In this document: positions 9,012 to 18,561 of the stretch, piece by piece
Numbering within the stretch: the first letter of the stretch is position 1
Layout: each line of letters begins with the position of its first letter
Assembly: GCA_041920215.1 (NCBI GenBank)
Contig: JAYRSJ010000002.1
Span: 191,568-255,567 of the forward strand
Direction: 5' to 3'
Source: Burkholderiaceae bacterium
GTDB lineage: Bacteria; Pseudomonadota; Gammaproteobacteria; Burkholderiales; Burkholderiaceae_C
Length of the DNA stretch: 64,000 nt
The notes under the pieces: generated by a model
Seen by the model: only the letters and a program-made list of their open reading frames with translations
What the model was told of the DNA's origin: nothing
Database searches by the model: none
Program-made: the position numbers and the translations under genes

Positions 9012-12000
9012 TCAGGGCGCCGGCGTGGCCAGCGGGATCGGCAGCCCCTGCGCCTCGCTGGCGGAATTGCGCCGGAACATCAGCAGCAAGCCGGTTTCCG
9101 TGCTCTTGGCATCCGGCTGGCTGACGTTGCTGAACTCGAGCAGCTGCCCGCTGCCACGCGGCACGCTGCCGCTGAGGCTGTTGCTGCTGAAGCGCGAGGC
9201 GCCGGGCGTGAAGCGCTTGCCCGCGATCTGGTCGGTGTAGTTGCCGGTGAAGTAGTTGTCGTAGACGCGGGCGCTCAGGCCCAGCGTCTGCCCCGGACTG
9301 GCTCCGATGGCGGCCAGCGGCAGGGTCAGGATGCGGCTGGAGGAGTTGAGGTCGCAGTCACAGTAGAAGTAGGCCGTCGTCGTGCCCGTGCTGATCGAGG
9401 CCACCGCCACCACAGTCTGGCCGCTGCCAAAGGTGGTGCCCGTCTCCATGGTGTAGACCAGCCAGTCCGGCACCCCATCCACATTGCTGTCGATCTCGAC
9501 CTCCGCCGCAATCGGATAGGCCGGATGGGCCAGCCTGCCATAGCTGCTAACCGCCAGCTGCAGCAGGGGGGTGCCGGCATCGGGGATGTAGCGGGCCCCG
9601 AAGGCGTACAGGTCGGCGACGGCGAAGTTGTCGCCCATGCCCGGGAGGGTGCCGGCCGGCAGCGGCGCGCTGCTGCCCAGCAGCGAGAACACATCGTAGG
9701 CACCGGCCGTCGCGCCGGTGTTGCTCAGCTGCAGCTTGTTGGCGCCGGTGCGGCTGGGCGTGTAGGCCAGGGACTGGGTGCGCGCGGCCTTGCGCGGCAG
9801 CACATGCCAGGGCACGCTGAGCCGCTCGGCGCCGGCCACCAGGCTCAGATAGCCATCGTACTCGGGCAGGTCCAGCAGGGCGCCGTTGCCGCCCAGGGCG
9901 CCCCCGTTGAGGTTCCATTCGGGCAGCTTGGTCGGATCGATCACCAGCGTCACATCCAGCGTGGCCTGGCCGTTGGCCGGCACGCTGACACTGCTGCTGG
10001 AGGCCAGCACGCGCACCGCGCCGCTGGCCTGATCCTGGGCGCTGTCGCGGAAGCTGTGGCTGACGCTGAACTGCTTGGCGCTGTTGCTGAAGTTCTGCAC
10101 GCTCAGCGTGCGCTTCAGCGTCAGCTGCCGGTCGGCCTCGACCACGCCGAAGGACAGGGCGGCCGACTTGGCGGCCATGTCCCAGGCCGCGCTGCTCAGC
10201 GCCAGGGCCTTGTTCACCCGCAGTTCGCCAGCGCCGATGCGGCTGACCGGTGCCCGCTGGCCGGGGCGCAGGGCCGGGTTGGTGTAGATCTGCGTCTCGG
10301 CGCTGTTCATTAGCATGGCCTTGACCTGCAGCGGGCTGCGCGCCGGCTGGGCCTGCAGCAGCAGGGCGGCCGCGCCGGCCACCATGGGCGCCGCGCCCGA
10401 GGTGCCGCCAAAGGGGCTTTGCGCACTGCCGCCGCCGGCGATGGCCGAGACCGAGGCGCCGGGCGCGCCGATTTCGGGCTTGATGGAGCCGAGATCGAAG
10501 GACGGGCCGCGCGAGGAGGAGCTGACCATGCTGCCCCTCAGGCTGAGCGGCGGTGCCAGGGCGACGCCGACGGCCTCGCCGGCCCCCAGCTGGTTCTTGA
10601 TGGCCACGGAGCGTGCCTGGGTGATCACCAGCGAGGGCACGAAGCCACTGCCATCGCCCAGGCTGAAGCTGACCGCATCGCCCGCCGCGATCAGACCGAC
10701 CAGCACGCCGGTGGCCCCGGCCGCCGCCATATTGGCCACCTTCTGGCTGACCGCACAGACGCCGCGATCCACCAGGGCCACCTTGCCGGCCGGGGCGGCG
10801 AGCTGCGGGTCACCGGTGCAGCCGCGCCCGACGTAGACCACCTGGCCGCTCAGCCCGGGGCCGATCGGCGCCCAGTCCAGGGTGGCGGTGTTGTAGTCGG
10901 TGCCGGCGATCGAGGCCGGTGCCAGAGTCTGCAATCCGACCGCGGTGGCGCCGGGCATCTGGGTCTGGGCCACGCTGATGGCTCCCGGAGCGATCGAGGG
11001 CGAGCCGACGATGGCGGGCCGGTCGGCCGAGTTGCCGGCCGAGGCGACCACCACCGCGCCCAGCCCGACGGCGTTCTCCACCGCCAGGGTCAGGTCGTCT
11101 TCCAGCTGGCCATAGCTGCTGCCCAGCGAGAGGTTGATCACGTCCACCGCATCGCTGAGGTCGCCATCGCCATTGGGGTCGAGCGCATAGTCCATGGCCT
11201 TGATCAGGGCCACGCCGTTGCAGCTGGTGGCGATGGCCGAGCACACCCGTACCGCCAGCAGCGAGGCGCCAGGCGCCACGCCCTTGTGCGTGCCATCGGC
11301 CGAGCGGCCGGCGATGATGTCGGCCACATGGGTGCCATGGCCCTGGAAGTCGATCGGGTCGGCGTCTTCGGTGCGCGGCCCGTTGGGCCAGGCATCACCG
11401 ACGAAGTCGAAACCCTCCACCACCTTGGCGGTGGGGAAGAGGCCGTCGCGGCTGGTGTTCCTGGGGTCGCTGGGGCCGGTGCCATAGGCCGCCTCATAGG
11501 CGGCCGGCGTGCCGGCGCCGCCGAGATTGCGATGGGTGTAGTCGATGCCGGAGTCCAGCACGGCGACGCGCACGCCGCTGCCGTCCACCCCGCCTGCCTG
11601 TGCGGCCGCGGCGCCCACATAGGGCACGGATTCGCTGAGGTGCAGCTCATGGTGACGCACCGGGCGTACCGATTTGACGCCGGGCATGGCAGCGATCTGG
11701 GCGATCTGGGACGCGTCCACCGTCACCGCGATGGCATTGATCGCGATCGTGGCCCGGCCCAGTTCCTTGGCGCCCAGCGCGGACAGGCGCATCGCCATGC
11801 CGGCTTGCTGGGCCTTGATCGCCTGCAGCCGGGCCGCCATCGCGCTGCGCACCGCACTGGTCTCGCGGCCCGCCGACTGGATGCGGGCCATGCCCGGCGT
11901 GCCCTCGGCCAGCTGGATGCGCGCCCGGGCCAGACCGGGCAGGTCCAGCGTGACCCAGATGTCGACCGGGCCGCTGGCCTTGCGCAGGCGGGCTGCAAGG

Positions 12001-12146
12001 GCGATGGGCCCATCCAGTGCCAGGGACTTGAGATCGGCGGACAGTGGCTTGACCGACAGTGCGGGCGGTGTTTCTCCACCTCCACAGGCGCTCAGCAGGG
12101 CGGCAACAAGGATGGGCGCAGCGGCGCCCCGTGTGATCAGCTTCAT
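9012..12146 (-). CDS. Secreted subtilisin-like serine protease (peptidase S8) lipoprotein with I9 propeptide, PA-domain insertion and long C-terminal extension
   Basis: Start set at the ATG at 12146 (AGGAGGA RBS; 'MKLITRG...LLSACGG' lipobox). Catalytic triad contexts are 'VAVLDSGIDYTH', 'GHGTHVADIIAG' and 'GGTSGAAPMVAGAAALL'. A PA-like insert ('GKVALVDRGVCAVSQKVANMAAAGATGVLV') lies between His and Ser. Confidence 0.88.
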   Translation of the reverse strand: MKLITRGAAAPILVAALLSACGGGETPPALSVKPLSADLKSLALDGPIALAARLRKASGPVDIWVTLDLPGLARARIQLAEGTPGMARIQSAGRETSAVRSAMAARLQAIKAQQAGMAMRLSALGAKELGRATIAINAIAVTVDASQIAQIAAMPGVKSVRPVRHHELHLSESVPYVGAAAAQAGGVDGSGVRVAVLDSGIDYTHRNLGGAGTPAAYEAAYGTGPSDPRNTSRDGLFPTAKVVEGFDFVGDAWPNGPRTEDADPIDFQGHGTHVADIIAGRSADGTHKGVAPGASLLAVRVCSAIATSCNGVALIKAMDYALDPNGDGDLSDAVDVINLSLGSSYGQLEDDLTLAVENAVGLGAVVVASAGNSADRPAIVGSPSIAPGAISVAQTQMPGATAVGLQTLAPASIAGTDYNTATLDWAPIGPGLSGQVVYVGRGCTGDPQLAAPAGKVALVDRGVCAVSQKVANMAAAGATGVLVGLIAAGDAVSFSLGDGSGFVPSLVITQARSVAIKNQLGAGEAVGVALAPPLSLRGSMVSSSSRGPSFDLGSIKPEIGAPGASVSAIAGGGSAQSPFGGTSGAAPMVAGAAALLLQAQPARSPLQVKAMLMNSAETQIYTNPALRPGQRAPVSRIGAGELRVNKALALSSAAWDMAAKSAALSFGVVEADRQLTLKRTLSVQNFSNSAKQFSVSHSFRDSAQDQASGAVRVLASSSSVSVPANGQATLDVTLVIDPTKLPEWNLNGGALGGNGALLDLPEYDGYLSLVAGAERLSVPWHVLPRKAARTQSLAYTPSRTGANKLQLSNTGATAGAYDVFSLLGSSAPLPAGTLPGMGDNFAVADLYAFGARYIPDAGTPLLQLAVSSYGRLAHPAYPIAAEVEIDSNVDGVPDWLVYTMETGTTFGSGQTVVAVASISTGTTTAYFYCDCDLNSSSRILTLPLAAIGASPGQTLGLSARVYDNYFTGNYTDQIAGKRFTPGASRFSSNSLSGSVPRGSGQLLEFSNVSQPDAKSTETGLLLMFRRNSASEAQGLPIPLATPAP

Positions 12147-12255
12147 CTCTATCCTCCTGGGCCGGCGACGCCTGGCGCCGCACGCTTGGGGTTTGATGGA
12201 CAAGACCGCAGATATGCCGGGGCGCGCGCCCCCCCGGGGCGTGCCTGTTGTTCGC

Positions 12256-12810
12256 TCAGCGAGGCCTGCGCCGCCCTGCCAGCGCGGCCGCCAGCAGCGC
12301 GGCGCTCAGCAGCGCGATGCCGGCAGGTTCGGGCACCTGCAGGCTGCCCGGGCCGCTGAAGCCGCGGATGCTGGCGCTGGCAGCGCCGCCGAAGCTGTCA
12401 AAGCTGGTGATGGCGAAGGCGAAACTGTCGCCCACATCGAGGAAGACCGTGGCAAGGCCGGACTGGCCGCCCAGCATGTCGTCCACCAGCGAGGTGAACA
12501 AGCCATTCAGGATGTAGCCGAAGGGGTCCCAGCTGGCGTCCAGATCGTCGGTCTGGTAGGCCCAGCTGAACTCGATGAAACCTTGATGGGCACTCGTGAA
12601 GCCCAGCGATGTGGTCGCCTCGCCGAGGCCGTTGTTGGCGCCGGTCAGCTGGGCCGAATGGGCGTCGATGGACCAGCTGCCGTCACCGTTGCCGCTGTTG
12701 CCGCCGCTCCAGTTGGCCGGCGCGTAGGGGCCGGTGAAACCGCTGACCGGGCCCGCCTGGGCCAGCCAGGACGCACATGCAAGGATCAGAACCGAGGCCA
12801 GACGTTTCAT
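12256..12810 (-). CDS. PEP-CTERM sorting-domain protein (exosortase cargo)
   Basis: 184 aa with N-terminal signal peptide 'MKRLASVLILACASWLAQA'. The C-terminus 'VPEPAGIALLSAALLAAALAGRRRPR' has the PEP motif, a hydrophobic helix and an Arg cluster. GGAG RBS. Confidence 0.85.
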   Translation of the reverse strand: MKRLASVLILACASWLAQAGPVSGFTGPYAPANWSGGNSGNGDGSWSIDAHSAQLTGANNGLGEATTSLGFTSAHQGFIEFSWAYQTDDLDASWDPFGYILNGLFTSLVDDMLGGQSGLATVFLDVGDSFAFAITSFDSFGGAASASIRGFSGPGSLQVPEPAGIALLSAALLAAALAGRRRPR

Positions 12811-12846
12811 GGGGGGCTCCAGTTGGCAGAACGGTGCTGGCGCCTA

Positions 12847-12862
12847 CGCAAGACACATGCCT
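12847..12862 (-). promoter_or_regulatory. Candidate sigma-54 (-24/-12) promoter upstream of the PEP-CTERM gene
   Basis: The minus strand reads AGGCATGTGTCTTGCG, against the consensus TGGCACG-N4-TTGCW. The invariant GG and GC have correct spacing. It lies about 37-52 nt upstream of the ATG at 12810. Short GC-rich motifs occur by chance in this genome, so this is tentative. Confidence 0.35.
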
Positions 12863-13051
12863 GCAGCCAAAAGTCATGGCCGATCAGGCGCTTAGTGGCG
12901 CGGCAGGGCGCTGCCGGTGGCGCGACGTAAAGCCTGCCGACACCGGGTTATCCCGGGCAGGCAAGACCCGGCACCCGTGCGGCGGACTCAGTCAAAGCGG
13001 CTTGCCGCGGCCAGCAGCGGGGCGCGGGCCGCAGGCCGCAGCCGGGCTGAA

Positions 13052-13657
13052 TCAGGGCTGCTTGGGGCAGCTCGGACCGACCCAGCTCTGGCGGCTTTCC
13101 ATGCTGAACTGGTAGCGGCCGTCGCCGCTGGGCTTGACGCCGGGCAGCTGCGCGGCCTGGGGGAAGCGGCCGCTGCCCTTGAAGCTGCTGCTGCCCTCGG
13201 TGTCGCTGTGGGCGGTGTAGCTGCCCTCGATGTCGCCGCTATAGCCCTGGGGGTCGTTGCAGCGGCCCTTCAGGCCCAGGGTGTTGCCGCTGATCTGGGT
13301 GATCTGGTAGCGGCACTGCGGCGTTTCCTTGTGCATCCTGGCCAGCAGGGCCTGCGGGTCCTTGAGCTGGCGCGCCTCCTCGGGCGTCAGGCAGTCCAGG
13401 GTCTGGCCGGGCTGGCCCTGGGCCTTCATCATCGCGTCGAACTGGGCACGCTGCTCGGCCGGCAGGTTCTTCAGCATCTCGGCCTGGGATTTGCGCAGCG
13501 TGGCGAAGATGTCCTGGCCGTTGAGCAGCATCTTGCCCTCGGACTTCCAGAGCCCTGGCCGCGGCTGGATCGACAGCACCTGGGCCTGGGCGGCGAAAGT
13601 GCCGAGGGCGAGCAGCAGGCCGGCAACGGTGCCGAGACGGTGGCGGAAGGGGGTCAT
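13052..13657 (-). CDS. Secreted DUF3617-like protein (function unknown)
   Basis: 201 aa with signal peptide '...LLALGTFAAQAQ'. It has a 'PGLWKSE' start to the mature domain and spaced Cys residues (C..C..C..C), as in DUF3617 family members. AGGGAGAAG RBS. Confidence 0.55.
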   Translation of the reverse strand: MTPFRHRLGTVAGLLLALGTFAAQAQVLSIQPRPGLWKSEGKMLLNGQDIFATLRKSQAEMLKNLPAEQRAQFDAMMKAQGQPGQTLDCLTPEEARQLKDPQALLARMHKETPQCRYQITQISGNTLGLKGRCNDPQGYSGDIEGSYTAHSDTEGSSSFKGSGRFPQAAQLPGVKPSGDGRYQFSMESRQSWVGPSCPKQP

Positions 13658-13690
13658 GGCTTCTTCTCCCTGGCTGGCGGTGGTGGGTTT

Positions 13691-14242
13691 TCAGTCGAAA
13701 TGCCGGGCCTCGGCCAGCAGCGGGGCGCGGGCGTCCTTGTCGGCCAGCAGCGGGGCTAGCCCCAGCTCGGGCCATTGAATGCCGATCGCCGCATCGTCCC
13801 AGCGCACCGCGCCCTCGGCCTGCGGGGCATAGACATCGGTGGTCTTGTAGAGGAAGTCGGCGCTCTCGCTGAGCACCAGAAAGCCATGGGCAAAGCCCGG
13901 CGGTATCCACAGCTGGCGGTGGTTGTCGGCGCTCAGCTCGACACCCTCCCAGCGGCCGAAGTTGGGGCTGCTCTTGCGCATGTCCACCGCCACATCGAAG
14001 ACGGCACCGCTGACCACCCGCACCAGCTTGCCCTGGGCATGCGGCGGCAGCTGGAAATGCAGGCCGCGCAGCACGCCGCGGCAGGAGCGCGAATGGTTGT
14101 CCTGCACGAAGCGCACCGGATAGCCGACGGCCTCGTTGAAGACGCGCTCATTCCAGCTCTCGGTAAAGAAGCCGCGGGCATCGCCGAACACCCGGGGCTC
14201 GACGATCAGCACCTCGGGCAGCGCGGTTGGGGTTACTTTCAT
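13691..14242 (-). CDS. rfbC: dTDP-4-dehydrorhamnose 3,5-epimerase
   Basis: 183 aa. 'FGDARGFFTESW', 'QDNHSRS..GVLRGLHFQ', 'KLVRVVSGAVFDVAVD' and 'PPGFAHGF' are classic RmlC motifs. Confidence 0.95.
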   Translation of the reverse strand: MKVTPTALPEVLIVEPRVFGDARGFFTESWNERVFNEAVGYPVRFVQDNHSRSCRGVLRGLHFQLPPHAQGKLVRVVSGAVFDVAVDMRKSSPNFGRWEGVELSADNHRQLWIPPGFAHGFLVLSESADFLYKTTDVYAPQAEGAVRWDDAAIGIQWPELGLAPLLADKDARAPLLAEARHFD

Positions 14243-14244
14243 GG

Positions 14245-15138
14245 TCAGAAGGCTTTCTCGCCAAGCAGCTGCATCAGGTACTGGCCATAGCCGTTCTTCA
14301 GCAGCGGCTGGGCGAGGCGCTGCAGCTGCTCGGCCGTGATCCAGCCGGCGCGGTAGGCGATCTCCTCGGGGCAGGCCACCTTGAGCCCCTGGCGCTTCTC
14401 CAGCGTCGCGATGAACTGGCCGGCCTCCAGCAGGCTGTCGTGGGTGCCGGTGTCCAGCCAGGCATAGCCGCGGCCCATGATCTCGACCTGCAGCTCGCCC
14501 TGGCGCAGGTACTGGGCATTGACGTCGGTGATCTCCAGCTCGCCGCGCGCCGAGGGCTTGATGCCGGCGGCGATCTCGCAGACCTGGCTGTCGTAGAAGT
14601 AGAGGCCGGTGACCGCGTAATTGCTCTTCGGCGCCCGGGGCTTCTCCTCGATCGACAGGGCCTGCTGCCGGGCGTCGAACTCGACCACGCCGTAGCGCTC
14701 GGGGTCGGTCACATGGTAGGCAAAGACGGTGGCGCCGCTGCTGCGCGCGGTGGCGCTGCCCAGCAGGCCCTGGAAATCATGGCCGTAGAAGATGTTGTCG
14801 CCCAGCACCAGGGCGCTGGGCGCGCCGTTGATGAAGTCCTTGCCCAGGATGAAGGCCTGGGCCAGGCCGTCGGGACTGGGCTGCACGCAGTAGCTGAGAT
14901 TGAGACCCCAGCGCGCCCCATCGCCCAGCAGGGCCTCGAAGCGCGGCAGGTCCTGCGGCGTGCTGATGATCAGGATGTCGCGTATGCCGGCCAGCATCAG
15001 GCTGCTGAGCGGGTAATAGATCATCGGCTTGTCGTAGATGGGCAGCAGCTGCTTGCTCAGGGCCAGGGTGGCCGGATGCAGCCGGGTGCCGGAGCCGCCG
15101 GCCAGGATGATGCCCTTGCGGGTGGGACTGGTGCTCAT
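14245..15138 (-). CDS. rfbA: Glucose-1-phosphate thymidylyltransferase
   Basis: '[38 protein letters not shown]' is the RmlA signature. The ATG at 15138 shares one base with the rfbD stop (TGATG). Confidence 0.95.
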   Translation of the reverse strand: MSTSPTRKGIILAGGSGTRLHPATLALSKQLLPIYDKPMIYYPLSSLMLAGIRDILIISTPQDLPRFEALLGDGARWGLNLSYCVQPSPDGLAQAFILGKDFINGAPSALVLGDNIFYGHDFQGLLGSATARSSGATVFAYHVTDPERYGVVEFDARQQALSIEEKPRAPKSNYAVTGLYFYDSQVCEIAAGIKPSARGELEITDVNAQYLRQGELQVEIMGRGYAWLDTGTHDSLLEAGQFIATLEKRQGLKVACPEEIAYRAGWITAEQLQRLAQPLLKNGYGQYLMQLLGEKAF

Positions 15139-16019
15139 CAAAGTATCTCCATCAGCATGCGGTCGACGCCCTGCTGCCAGTGCGGCAGGCGCAGGCCGAA
15201 GGCCTGCTGCAGCTTGGCGGTGCCAAGCCGCGAGTTCAGCGGCCGGCGCGCCGGGGTGGGGTAGTCGCTGGTCGGTATCGGCAGGATCTGGTCCGCGGCG
15301 ACCTTGAGCGCGGCGCCGCGGGCGCGGGCGAACTCGATGACATGCCGGGCATAGGCATGCCAGCTGGTCTCGCCGCCGGCCGCGGCGTGATAGAGGCCGC
15401 CCAGCTCGGGCCGGGCCAGCGTGGCGCGGATCATGTGGGCGCTCAGGTCGGCCAGCAGCTCGGCGCCGGTGGGCGCGCCGATCTGGTCGGCGATGACCTT
15501 GAGCTGCTCGCGCTCGGCCGCCAGCTTGAGCATGGTCTTGGCGAAGTTGCCGCCGCGCGCCGCATAGACCCAGCTGGTGCGCAGGATCAGGTGGGCGCAG
15601 CCGCTGGCCGCGACGGCCAGATCGCCCTCGAGCTTGGTGGCGCCATAGACGCTCAGCGGCGCGGTGGCATGCTCTTCGCTGCGTGCCGCATCGCCGCTGC
15701 CGTCGTAGACGTAGTCGGTGCTGTAGTGCAGCAGCAGGGCCCCGCTGGCGGCGGCCTCGGCGGCCAGCCTGGCCGGCGCCACGGCGTTGATGGCGCGCGC
15801 CAGCGCCGGCTCGCTCTCGGCCTTGTCGACGGCGGTGTGGGCCGCCGCATTGACGATGACCCGTGGCGCGACGCCACGCACCAGGGCGATCAGCGCCTCG
15901 GGTTCGGCCAGATTGCAGCCGTCGTCGAGGTCGCGGCAGACCAGCTCACCCAGCGGCGCCAGCGCGCGCTGCAGCTCCCAGCCGACCTGGCCGTTCTTTC
16001 CCAGCAGCAGAATCTTCAT
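15138..16019 (-). CDS. rfbD: dTDP-4-dehydrorhamnose reductase
   Basis: Trimmed to '[17 protein letters not shown]' at 16019. 'STDYVYDG' and 'YGATKLEGD' are the RmlD motifs. Confidence 0.92.
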   Translation of the reverse strand: MKILLLGKNGQVGWELQRALAPLGELVCRDLDDGCNLAEPEALIALVRGVAPRVIVNAAAHTAVDKAESEPALARAINAVAPARLAAEAAASGALLLHYSTDYVYDGSGDAARSEEHATAPLSVYGATKLEGDLAVAASGCAHLILRTSWVYAARGGNFAKTMLKLAAEREQLKVIADQIGAPTGAELLADLSAHMIRATLARPELGGLYHAAAGGETSWHAYARHVIEFARARGAALKVAADQILPIPTSDYPTPARRPLNSRLGTAKLQQAFGLRLPHWQQGVDRMLMEIL

Positions 16020-16023
16020 CGCA

Positions 16024-17082
16024 TCAGCTCCCGTACTGCTGGCTGAGCCAGTCGCGGTAGCTGCCGCTCTGCACATGGGCCACCCAGTCCAGGTTGTCGA
16101 GATACCACTGCACCGTCTTGCGTATGCCGGTGGCGAAGGTCTCGGCCGGGCGCCAGCCCAGCTCGCGCTCGATCTTGCGGGCGTCGATCGCGTAGCGGCG
16201 GTCGTGGCCGGGACGGTCCTTCACATAGGTGATCAGGCGGCTGTAGGGGCCGGCGGGGTCGGGCCTGAGCTCGTCGAGCAGCGCGCACACCGTCTTGACG
16301 ATGTCGATATTGGCCATCTCGTTCCAGCCGCCCACGTTGTAGACCTCGCCGACGCGGCCGCCGGCCAGCACCGCACGGATCGCGGCCGCATGGTCCTTCA
16401 CATAGAGCCAGTCGCGGATCTGCTGGCCGTCGCCATAGACCGGCAGGGGCTTGGCCGCAAGCGCGTTGACGATCATCAGCGGGATCAGCTTCTCGGGGAA
16501 GTGGTAGGGGCCGTAGTTATTGCTGCAGTTGGTGGTCAGCACCGGCAGGCCATAGGTGTGGTGCCAGGCTCGCACCAGGTGGTCGCTGGCGGCCTTGCTG
16601 GCCGAGTAGGGGCTGTTGGGTTCGTAGGGATGGTCTTCCGCAAACGGTGGGTCGTCGGCCTTCAGGGAGCCATAGACCTCGTCGGTGGAGACATGGTGGA
16701 AGCGGAAGGCCTGCTTGGCGTCTTCAGCCAGGGCCGACCAGTAGGCGCGGGCGGCTTCCAGCAGCGTGAACGTGCCCTCGACATTGGTCTTGATGAAGGC
16801 GCCGGGGCCGCTGATCGAGCGGTCCACATGGCTCTCGGCCGCGAAGTGGATCAGCGCGCGCGGCCGGTGCTCGACCAGCAGGCGGTCGACCAGGGCGCGG
16901 TCGCAGATATCGCCCTTGACGAAGACATGGCGCGCATCGCCCTGCAGGCGGGCCAGGTTCTCCAGATTGCCCGCATAGCTGAGGACGTCGAGATTGACGA
17001 CGGTTTCGTCGCACTGGGCCAGCCAGTCCAGCACGAAGTTGCTGCCTATGAAGCCGGCGCCGCCGGTGACCAGAATGCTCAT
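16024..17082 (-). CDS. rfbB: dTDP-glucose 4,6-dehydratase
   Basis: '[15 protein letters not shown]', 'HVSTDEVYG', '[12 protein letters not shown]' and '[17 protein letters not shown]' match RmlB throughout. Confidence 0.95.
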   Translation of the reverse strand: MSILVTGGAGFIGSNFVLDWLAQCDETVVNLDVLSYAGNLENLARLQGDARHVFVKGDICDRALVDRLLVEHRPRALIHFAAESHVDRSISGPGAFIKTNVEGTFTLLEAARAYWSALAEDAKQAFRFHHVSTDEVYGSLKADDPPFAEDHPYEPNSPYSASKAASDHLVRAWHHTYGLPVLTTNCSNNYGPYHFPEKLIPLMIVNALAAKPLPVYGDGQQIRDWLYVKDHAAAIRAVLAGGRVGEVYNVGGWNEMANIDIVKTVCALLDELRPDPAGPYSRLITYVKDRPGHDRRYAIDARKIERELGWRPAETFATGIRKTVQWYLDNLDWVAHVQSGSYRDWLSQQYGS

Positions 17083-17091
17083 GGTGAAAAA

Positions 17092-18561
17092 CTACTTTCT
17101 TCCGTAGGTGTCCTCGAAGCGGACGATATCGTCCTCGCCGAGATAGGAGCCGGACTGCACCTCGATGATCTCCAGCGGCAGCTTGCCCGGGTTGGCCAGG
17201 CGGTGCACCTGGCCCAGCGGGATGTAGGTGCTCTGGTTCTCGCTGAGCATGATGGTGCTGTCGCCGTTGGTGACCTCGGCCGTGCCCGAGACCACGATCC
17301 AGTGCTCGGCGCGGTGGTGGTGCATCTGCAGGCTCAGGGAGGCACCGGGCTTGACCATGATGCGCTTGACCTGGAAGCGCGGACCGGCGTCGATGCTGTC
17401 GTACCAGCCCCAGGGCCGGTGCACCTTGCGGTGCAGGTTCATCTCGCCGCGGCCACCGCTTTGCAGCTGCTGGACGATCTTCTTGACGTCCTGGCTCTTG
17501 CTGCGGTCGGCCACCAGCACGGCGTCCGGTGTCTCGACCACCACCACATCGTCCAACCCCACCACGCTGACGAGTCGGCTGGTTGCCTGCACCAGGGTGT
17601 TGCGGCTGTCGCTGGCGAGGGCGTCGCCGCGCAGCACATTGCCGAACTCGTCCTTGGCGCCCACCTGCCAGACGGCCTCCCAGGCGCCCAGGTCGCTCCA
17701 GCCGGCATCCAGCTCGACCATCAGCAGCGGGATATCGCTGCCGGGGCAGCGCTCCATCACCGCATAGTCCACCGACTCGCTGGGCACGGCCGCGAACTCG
17801 GCCTGGCCCGGGCGCACGAACTTGGCGTCCACCGTGCGTGCGGCGAAGGCCTGGCGGGTGGCCGCCAGGATGTCGGGCCGGAAGCGCTCCAGGGCCGCGA
17901 TCCAGCTGCTGGCGCGCAGCACGAACATGCCGCTGTTCCAGAAATAGCTGCCCTCGGCCAGATAGCGCTCGGCGGTGGCCTGGTCGGGCTTCTCGACGAA
18001 CTGCGCCACGGCCAGCGCGGCGCCCTGCTTCTCGGTGCGGATATAGCCGTAGCCGGTCTCGGGCCGCTCGGGCGTGATGCCCAGGATCACGATGGCGCCG
18101 CTGGCGGCCGCGCGCACCGCGCGCTGCAGCGCCGCGGTGAAGACCTCGGGGCGGGTGACGGTCTGGTCGGCCGGCGTCACCACCAGCACCGGGTCAGCGC
18201 CGTCTTCCAGCGCCTGCAGCGCGGCCAGCGTCAGCGCCGGCGCGGTGTTGCGGCCCATGGGCTCCAGCAGCACCGCGCCGGGCGCCAGCGCGGTTTCGCG
18301 CAGCTGGTCCAGCACCAGGAAGCGGTGCTCCTCGTTGCCGACGATCAGCGCCGGCAGCAGGGCCAGGTCTTGCGCGTCGGGGCCTTCGGTCAGCGCGGCG
18401 ATGCGCTGCGCGGCCTGCTGGAACAGGCTGCTGTTGCCCTCCAGCACCAGGAACTGCTTGGGGTAGCCGGCACGCGACAGCGGCCACAGCCGCGTGCCGC
18501 TGCCGCCGGCCATGATGACGCCCTGGACGGGGAGGGTGGGGGATGGGGTGCTGCTGCTCAT
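17092..18561 (-). CDS. manC: Mannose-1-phosphate guanylyltransferase / mannose-6-phosphate isomerase (type II PMI-GMP)
   Basis: Trimmed to the ATG at 18561, which overlaps the galE stop (ATGA). '[24 protein letters not shown]' forms the N-terminal NTP-transferase domain. The C-terminal cupin has 'RPWGWYDSI...VKRIMVKPGASLSLQMHHHRAEHWIVVSGTA'. Confidence 0.93.
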   Translation of the reverse strand: MSSSTPSPTLPVQGVIMAGGSGTRLWPLSRAGYPKQFLVLEGNSSLFQQAAQRIAALTEGPDAQDLALLPALIVGNEEHRFLVLDQLRETALAPGAVLLEPMGRNTAPALTLAALQALEDGADPVLVVTPADQTVTRPEVFTAALQRAVRAAASGAIVILGITPERPETGYGYIRTEKQGAALAVAQFVEKPDQATAERYLAEGSYFWNSGMFVLRASSWIAALERFRPDILAATRQAFAARTVDAKFVRPGQAEFAAVPSESVDYAVMERCPGSDIPLLMVELDAGWSDLGAWEAVWQVGAKDEFGNVLRGDALASDSRNTLVQATSRLVSVVGLDDVVVVETPDAVLVADRSKSQDVKKIVQQLQSGGRGEMNLHRKVHRPWGWYDSIDAGPRFQVKRIMVKPGASLSLQMHHHRAEHWIVVSGTAEVTNGDSTIMLSENQSTYIPLGQVHRLANPGKLPLEIIEVQSGSYLGEDDIVRFEDTYGRK

